From the NCBI RefSeq assembly GCF_964213995.1, contig NC_135804.1, positions 58,900,001 to 58,964,000 of the forward strand: a stretch of DNA of 64,000 nucleotides. The letters are read 5' to 3'. Positions 49,848-58,800 of the stretch are shown piece by piece. Position numbers and translations under genes: made by a program. The notes under the pieces were generated by a model. It was not told the origin of the DNA and did not search any database. It saw only the letters and a list, made by a program, of their open reading frames with translations. How positions within the stretch are numbered: the stretch's first letter is position 1; each line of letters starts with the position of its first letter. The DNA comes from Mustelus asterias. Taxonomy: Eukaryota.

Positions 49848-52800
49848 CTGTGAAAGTAATATTTAATATCACCGTAAATCCATCATCCAATCATTATTGA
49901 GACAATTGACATTTTAACGAAAGACTTATGGAATTTCCTTTCATTAGTTCCAATTTCAGATTGTAATCGGATTTTGGACTGGCTTCCTTTTCCTTCTCTG
50001 CAGCCCTCCCCCAAATCTTGTTGAAATTCCATTTGAACTTTCGTGTAAAATGAGTTCGTCTGTTAATATAGCTCATTGAAGTAAGCAGATTAATTATTTG
50101 ACTAAAATAAAAAAAGTAATTCCATGCTGCTCTGTTAAGGCTGTTGGGAAAGCTGATATTACACAAGATTGTTTTAAGGCCCAATTGTCTGAACATCGAC
50201 AGCCGCAGTGCCCTGCTTATCCCACGGGGGAAGGCTCGAGGCCACATTTTTCAATCGCCTTACCGCCATTCCCCCTAAGCTCCCGATCTCTGGGGCATGA
50301 GGCAAAAATGACGAACTTGTTTGAAATCAACCGACAGAGCACAGTTGGCAGATTAAGCAAGGAACCTTCCCATTTCCTGCATCTCAGTGTCGTATCACAT
50401 AATATTGATGCCATTACAGTAAATGACCTAAGATCTACCTGGGAATATACGATACTCTCCTCCCCCTGCCTGGGGTTCGCCTTTTTCCTGGTGTCAATTT
50501 TGACTGTGGCATAGGTCAGGCTGTTGGCGGTGCCGTGTTTTGTCTGTAAAATAGATATTTTCCACATGTAGTTGGTGAATTTCTTGTTTCGTAGTTTGGG
50601 ACAAGCATTATTCCAGGCAGACCCGAAAAAGAAACGTGGATAATATTGACTCTGTTTTTGTGTAAAACCGACTACGAGCCCGCAGCCCGATTTGCAACTC
50701 TCCAAATTGCTATTTCCAACCAAGTCAGCAGGAGAAATGCCAATTAATAAGGACTTGTTGAAATCTGTCCCATAAAGATAAAACTTTCCCCAATCCGCTC
50801 AGATTCTGAACAATTAATCAATATTGACTCTGTCATGTATGGTCATATCGTAGAATCCATACAGTGCAGAAGGAGGCCATTCGGCCCATAGAGCCTGCAC
50901 CGACCACAATCCCACCCAGGCTCTATCCCCTTAAATCCACCTAATCCCCGCTAATCCCCTGACATTAAGGGGTAATTCACTTAACTTGCACATCTCTGGA
51001 GTGTAGGAGGAACACAGTAAGAAGTTTAACAACACCAGGTTAAAGTCCAACAGGTTTATTTGGTAGCAAAAGCCACACAAGCTTTCGGAGCTCTAAGCCC
51101 CTTCTTCAGGTGAGTGGGAATTCTGTTCACAAACAGAGCATATAAAGACACAGACTCAATTTGGATGAATAATGGTTGGAATGCGAATCAACTAATCAAT
51201 ATATTCGGGTAAGCGTTCTCCAAGGCAGCCTTCGTGACACACGACAGCGCAGAGTCGCTGAGCAGAAACTGATAGCCAAATTCCGCACACACGAGGACGG
51301 CCTCAACCGGGATATTGGGTTCATGTCACACTATTTGTAACCTCCACAGTTGCGTGGACCTGCAGAGTTTCACTGGCTGTCTTGTCTGGAGACAATACAC
51401 ATCTTTTTAGCCTGTCTTAATGCTCTCTCCACTCACATTGTTTTGTTTCTTAAAGACTTGATTAGTTGTAAGTATTCGCATTCCAACCATTATTCATGTA
51501 AATTGAGTCTGTGTCTTTATATGCTCTGTGTATGAACAGAATTCCCACTCACCTGAAGAAGGGGCTTAGAGCTCCGAAAGCTTGTGTGGCTTTTGCTACC
51601 AAATAAACCTGTTGGACTTTAACCTGGTGTTGTTAAACTTCTTACTGTGTTTACCCCAGTCCAACGCCGGCATCTCCACATCGTGTAGGAGGAAACCAGA
51701 GTACCCAGAGGAAACCCACGCCAACATGGGTAGAATATGAATGTACAAACTCCACATAGACAGTTACCCGAGGCCGTAATTGAACCTGGGTACCTGGCGC
51801 TGTGAGGCAGCGGTGCTAACCACTTAGTTTGAGTATTTTTCGCCTCAATCCCTCAGTCCTACCTGAGAATAGATGGTGTGCTCTTTCTTGTGTCTCGGTT
51901 TGGAGGGTCCTTTTTCTTCTCTCAGGCTCAGACTAGCGTAGGCGACAATGTTCTCACCTGGCCTTTGTCTAACCTGTAAAAATAAGACACAAAATATTGA
52001 AAGCGGCGAGTCTGTCTCTATAGCAAGCTACTGTCAATTCTAATTAATTCTGTCACTGTAAATATGCAGACAGTAAACGATAAACTAGGTTGCAAGTGCA
52101 CTCTCTCCCTTCTCGACTATTGTATCAAATATCGAACCAATCAGGTGGAGAGTATTTGTTTAATCAGTTCAAGGGATGTTGGCTTCGCTGGCTAAGCTGA
52201 CATATGTTGACAGTCGATAATTGCCCTTGGACCGCTCCAGTCGGTGTGGGGTATGTGCGTCCATGGTGTTTTTAGGGAAGTACTTCTAGGATTTTGACCC
52301 AGCGACAGTGAAGGAACTGCGATTATTTTCCAAGCCAGGGTGGTCAGTGGTTTAGAGGGGACCTTCAAGGTGGTGTTCCTATATATCTGGCAGCTTTGAG
52401 ATAAGGCGAGTTGGTGCTGCTGGAGAGAGAGATCAGTCGAAAAGAAAAGCAGTACAGCTTCAGATAGGCATTCCTGGAAGATAAGTGGCAGTGGAGTAAA
52501 CACAAAGATAAAAGCAAAATATTGCAATGCTGGAATCTGAAACAAAATCAGAAAACACTGGAAAATCTCAGTAGGTCTGACAGCATCTGTGGAGAGTGAA
52601 TAGAACGTTGGCTCTATTCTGTTTCCACAGATGCTGTCTGACCTGCTGAGATTTCCAGCATTTTCTGTTTTTGTCTCAGATTCCAGCACCCACAGTATTT
52701 TACTTCTGGCTTTTGGGCCGTATATCTGCTGCTCTTGTCCTTCTAGGTGACAGTGGTCGTGAGTTTGGAAGGTGCTGTCTAAGAAGCCTTAATGAGTTTC

Positions 52801-55800
52801 TGCAATGCATCTTGTAGATGGTATACACTGCTGCCACTGTGTGTCGGTGGTGGAGGAAGTTTTCTTTGTGGGTGGGTTGCCAATCAAACGCCCGCTTTGT
52901 CCTGGATGGTGTCGAGCTTCTTGAGTGTTGTGGAACTGCTCTCATCCAGGCAAGTGGAAAGTATTCCATCACACTCCTCACTTGTGCCTTGTAGATTGTG
53001 GACCTAGTCAGGAAGTGAGATACTCGCTGCTAGATTCTTAGCCTCTGACCTGCTCTTGTAGCTGCAATGTTTATATAAGAATATAATAAACATAAGAACA
53101 TAACAACTCGGAGCAGGAATAGGCAAATTAGCACCTCGAGCCTGCTCTGCCATTCAATACGATCATGGCTGATCTCATTTCAGCCTCATCTGCACCTTCC
53201 TACCCATTCCCCATAACCATTCATCACAGGGAACAAACCATGTGACACACTACTAGTTACAGCTTGCCAACCAGAAAAAGACCCATTGTTCCCACTCTCT
53301 GTTTTCTGTTGGTTAGTGAATCCTCTATCCAAACTAATATATTACCCCTAACCCCATTTTACCATCTGTACTAACCTTTTGTGTGGCATCTTATCAAATG
53401 CATTCTGAAAGTCCAGATATACTATACCTATAGAATCTCCAGTATCCACTTTGCTTGTTACATCTTCGAAGAGTTAGTTAAACATGATTTACCCTTCTTA
53501 AAAACATGCTGACTCTGATGGATTGCGTTTTGATTTACCAAATGTCCCTTTACTACTTCCTTAATAATGGATTCCAGCAATTTTCCAATGACAGGCGTTA
53601 AACTAAGTGGTTTATAGTTTTCTATTGTTTACATTTCTACATTTTTGAACAGAGGTGTTACATTAGTCTTTTCCCAATCTCCTACAATCCCTACATTGTA
53701 GAAGGAGGCCATTTGGTCCATCGATTTTGCACCAAGTCTCTGACAGAGCATCTTATCCAGGCCCACCCCCATTCCTATTCCCGTAACCCCATGCGTTTAC
53801 CATGCTAATCCCCCTAAACTACACATCCTGGGACACCTAGGGACAATTTAACATGGCCTTTCCACCTAATCTACTGGAACTTTTCCAGAATCCAGGGAAC
53901 TTTGGGACTTCTAACCAATGCCTCCACTATCTCTGCTGCCACTCCCTTTAAGATGTACGTCATCATGCCCTGGAGAATTGTCTGCCTTTAAGCCCAATAG
54001 TTCGGTCAGTACTTTTTCTCTAGTGAAGGCGATTATTTTAAATTCCTCCTTTTGAACAATCACCGCATTACCTGTTAATATTGGTATGGCTCTAGCCTCC
54101 TCCACTGTGAAAACCGGGACAAAATATTGATTTAGTGCCCTACCATTTCCGTGTTCCCCATTATTAACTCCTCAGTCTCGTCCTCTAAGGAACCAACGCT
54201 GTCTTTAGCTACTCTCTTCCTTTTTATGTACTTACAGAATCTTTTCCTCTCCGTTTTATATTTGCACTAGATTTGCTGCCATGCAGACATATGGCTCGTC
54301 TAGTTCAGTTTCTGGCTAATGTTCTAAATATGGAACCCAGAGCTCTTGATAAATTTACGTGCATTTAAAATTGTCACTATTTGGAACACCGCTAATAATT
54401 ATATAATTAATAATACACATTTTTAATTTCCCAATTACCTCCAACCGCTCCCCCCGCCCCCCGCCCCCCATCGGAGCAACCATTGTCTTCTTATTGCAAC
54501 CTATTGGAAGACTTGACTGCAATGCCTGAGTTTGTCTTCCTTTCACTTCCAGAAACGTCCATCCCAAGGTGGAAATCAACAGCCCGGACCCTGGCAAACG
54601 CTCACTCCCAGCGTCACTTCTCTCCCTCCGCCTCCCCTACCTCGACTTCCATGCGCCACTGTGCAATCTGGAGAGGTTTCAGGCCAATTAAGGTACCAGT
54701 AGCAGTGTTCCAGCCTGGCTTAGCCAACACACCAGAACCTGAGATCTTCCTGGTCTGTCTACATTAAGCACCTGGACATCTGGAAATTTCCTTATTTTGA
54801 AATAAATTTAAGTTTCTAAGGGGGAATCAACAGTATATAATTGTTGTCAAGGTAAATAGTTACCTGGTTCTTAAAATAAAGGAATAGAGTGTAGAAAGAA
54901 GCAATACTTTCAAACTAGCCAGGCCTCAACTGGAAATCGTGTCCCACTCCGGGACCTTCAATTTGGGAAGGATGTCAAGGTTTGGAGAGGAGATTTATTG
55001 GAATGTTACCAGGGCTGAGGGACTTCAGTGATGTGCGGGAAACTAGAGAATCTATCATTGTTCTCCTTACAGCAGGGAAAGAATTCTCAGAGGTTTATTC
55101 CGATCAAACGAGGCAAAACTGTTACTCTCGGTGGTTTGCTCGCTAACCAGGGGATTCGGATTTTGATAATTGGGAAAGATAAGGATTTTTCCGCAGCTTG
55201 CTGTTGTAATCTACAATGCCCTGACTGAGTGGCGGAAGCATATCGAATAGAAACTTTCAGAAAGGGGATTGGAGAAATGTTTTTAAAAATGTCGTTTGTA
55301 GGTAAAGCGTAAGGGAGTGGAACTCGCTGGGCACTTATTTCAAAGAGGCGGCACAGCTACTTTCTTTCCATACTATAAAATTCTATGGTTATTTTAAAAC
55401 TAATTGGTATCTTCCTGGCTGAATATAGAATTTCCTTCTCACCGCCACCCTCCATTCACCCCCACCCCCTCACGCCACCTTTTTGCAATATAAAATAAGG
55501 CATTGCCACCCTACCCGTTCTTCTCTCTGAGCTGCTTCCACGGAATTTCTATTATCGTCTAAAAGAGAAAAAAGACGTGAGCAACTGGATCAGTGCACAA
55601 GCGAAACCAGTATCGTGCTTTTGATGCTAAACAAATTTGTATACAGTAAGGAAACCTGAATGCTGAAGTTGTTCAGCAGCATTAACCGCAGTATACTGTG
55701 CATTACCTTCTCATTACCCACAGTGACCCGCAGCACACAAGGTCTACTCAAGTCTTTGTACAATGGCGCGAAGGATTTGATAGGGAATCGATAACCCTTT

Positions 55801-58800
55801 AACAATTTCAAGTTTTCAAAATCCGCTTTACGTTGCCATTTTCAAGTCTCAATCACATAACACTCGTGTGATATCAACTTCGTTCTTTAACGATTTTGCA
55901 AAGGGCTCTTTATCCCTCTACAATGAATCTATGTATTTTAACAGTGTAACCGCGCATGAGAAAATAAAAATATGCAGCGAAATGTTAAAGGTACTTACCA
56001 GCTGATGCCTTTAATTTGAGCCTCGTCAAAATAATTATCAACAGTAAAATCGCCAATGCCCCGCCTGCACATCCGAAAATGAGCGGAAGTTTGACACCAC
56101 TATCTACAAGAACAAATGATTGAAATAAGAAACTGCGCGACTCAGCGAGATTCATACACAGGTGCAAATGTGTCTCTGAGAATAATCGCTCCTACTGTCA
56201 GTGGATCTCGACCGCTTTCACTTGTGAATTGTAGCTGAACAAAGATCACAACGTTTATCAAATCGCATAAACTGCACGTTAGTAATGCAATTTATGGAGG
56301 AAACACGTTTCATTCCATAACGGCGCAGTAAGCTTCTCATTGGCCTGAAGGGTTATTTGGTAAGAGTGAGGGAATGTACATTTCTTTCACCTTGACGCGC
56401 TGCACCAGACTGATGCGCAACGTCACAAAAAGTGACAAAGGCTTTCATTCTTCAGCGCGGACAACCATCCCCAGCCTTACCAGAGAACCTTGTTTTTGGG
56501 AGATAGCAAAAGCAATTTCCATACAAATCAGGAGCAGGTGTAGGCCATTCTGACCTGCGACCCAGCTCCTCTATTTGGCTGATCCATTGTGGCCTCAACT
56601 CTACTTTCCTCTTTATCTCCTGTAACTTTTAACTCCCTTGTCAATCAAAAATCTATCTAACTCAACCTTAAAAATATTCAATGACCTTGCAACACAACTT
56701 TCTGGGGAAGAGAATGCCAGAGACCAACCACGTCTTGAAAGAGAGAAAAAACTCGCCCCGTTTTAAATGGGAGGCCTCTTACTGTTAAAGAGTGTCCCTA
56801 ACATTAGCTCCCACATTTTCTCAGCAACCATCCTGTCAGGTCTCCTCAGGATCTATGTTCCAGAAAGATCACCCCCATTCTTCTAAACTCCAGTAGATAC
56901 AGGCCCAACCTGCCCCATCTTCCCTCATAAGATAACATCTTTGTTCCAGGAATCAGTGCAATGAAACTGCTTCTGAAGAAATTACATCCTTTCTTAAGTA
57001 AGAAGACAAAACTCCAGATGTGTACTCCAGATGAAACTTGCATTTATATAGCGTCTTCAACGAAGTAAAACCTCGAAAGATATTTCACGGAGCATTATCA
57101 AACAAAACTGAATACCGACTCACATCAAATGAGAGTGGAAGAGGTGGCGTTGGGGTTCAAGAACAGTCTTAAAGAAGCCGGAGCCGGAGAGGAGGGAGGT
57201 TTCCGAGAGTCGGGTGTTGACTGCTGAGAACACATTATTTTATTTTATATTTTAAATCCCAAGCAGGAGGCCATCTGGCCCATCGTGTTTGCACCGACAA
57301 CAATGCCATCCAGGTCCCATCCCCGTAGTCGCACATATTTACCCTGCTAATCCCCTTGACACTTAGGATCAATTTAACATGGCCAATCAAACTAACCCGC
57401 ACATCTTTTTGGGAGAAAACCGGAGCACCCGGAGGAAACCAAAGCAGACACTGGGAGAATGCTCAAACTCCACACAGTCACCGAAGGCTGGAATTGAACG
57501 TGGATTCTGGCGCTTTGAGGCAGCAGTGCTAACCACTGTGCCACCGTGATGATAACAATGACCCTCCCATGTATTGAATTGAAATGCTATAATTGCATGA
57601 TATAAAATTTAATCTTTAAGAACCGATCTATTTATCTATTTCATTTGGCAAGAATTTGGCGCGGAATGAACTTTCAGTTTTAATCAGTTCGCACATCAAC
57701 CTCCCGACCCAGATCTTTTGAAGGAAATATTCTCCCTCCTCTGGCTGCAAACTACCTTGATTATTTAAATTCATTCCCGTTGATGTGACATTGAGATTGA
57801 ATAAGGTCCACATTCACTCTATAATTTCGAGTTTGAATAGCTGCCCAACTACATGTCCAATAAATAACTACAGGTTGGAGCATTTCCCCCGCTCACTGCT
57901 GTAAATGTTTCAAATCTTACCTTGAATGGCGATATAGCTGACACTGGCGGGCACCTTAAGGGAGATATGAGATGCCAGGCATGTATAAACTATTCGGTTC
58001 GGGGCAGGCTGTGTCTCTTCCAAAGAACTGGAGACCTCAAAAAGACCATCCACTGTCTTGTTTCTCACAGTTTCTATTCCGGCCAGAATTTCCACACCAT
58101 CTCTTCGCCAGGAGATTTGTAAATCCTCTGGGTAAAAGGCGGCCGTTTTACACTCGAATCTCAGAGAAGTCGCTGAAATCCCTTCAACCTGAAGGAGATT
58201 CAGGGGGGTTGGGGGAACTTTAATAGAGAAATATAAGGACAATTAATTGAGCACATTCTAATTCGTCTACCTCCATTATGTTGTTACATTCCTAACGTGA
58301 GAATCGTCCGTGCTATCGTTTTTTAAAAAATGAACTCATATCTGCATTTATTTTAAAAATCTTTTCGCCGCGCACAGCAAATTGTTCGGAAGTATTGCAA
58401 ACTGCGAGGATGAATCGCCCAGACTTGGTGACAATTGATAAAGCACCTGTCACTGTTCTGAATGGAAACACAGCTCCTGGGATGAGATATATAAATGCAC
58501 ATTTTTCTGTAAGAGTCGTGGTCGTAATAAGCATTCTTATTAAAAATCAATTGTCCGAATATTTCATGTATTGTGAAACATATTTTGTTTTAACAATCGA
58601 TATTGAGAACATATGCGTAACTGTAATGTACAAGATGCACTGCAGGAACTCAAGGTTCCTTAGGCAGCACCTTCCAAACCCATAACGACCACCATCTAGG
58701 AGGACAAGAGCCAAGGAGGTTCCCCTCCAAGTCACTCACCATCCTGACTTGGAAGTATATATACACCAGGGACTGCACCGGTTCAAAAAGGCAGCTCACC

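Larger units (their letters stand above)
51013..51682 (+). mobile_element. Penelope-like element: GIY-YIG C-terminus plus pLTR, preceded by an inverted pLTR copy
   Basis: RRVAEQKLIAKFRTHEDGLNRDIGFMSHYL* at ~51220-51340; ~180-bp inverted arms 51011-51189 and 51473-51651; flanking duplication GTGTAGGAGGAA. Confidence 0.85.
50848..51825 (-). mobile_element. HE1-type V-SINE split by a Penelope insertion
   Basis: Tail at 50848-51012, head at 51683-51825. Confidence 0.8.

Noticed and set aside
1776-51682. CRISPR-like or miRNA interpretation of the recurring palindromes
   Set aside because: Eukaryotic, dispersed, no spacer array; explained by Penelope pLTR inversions.
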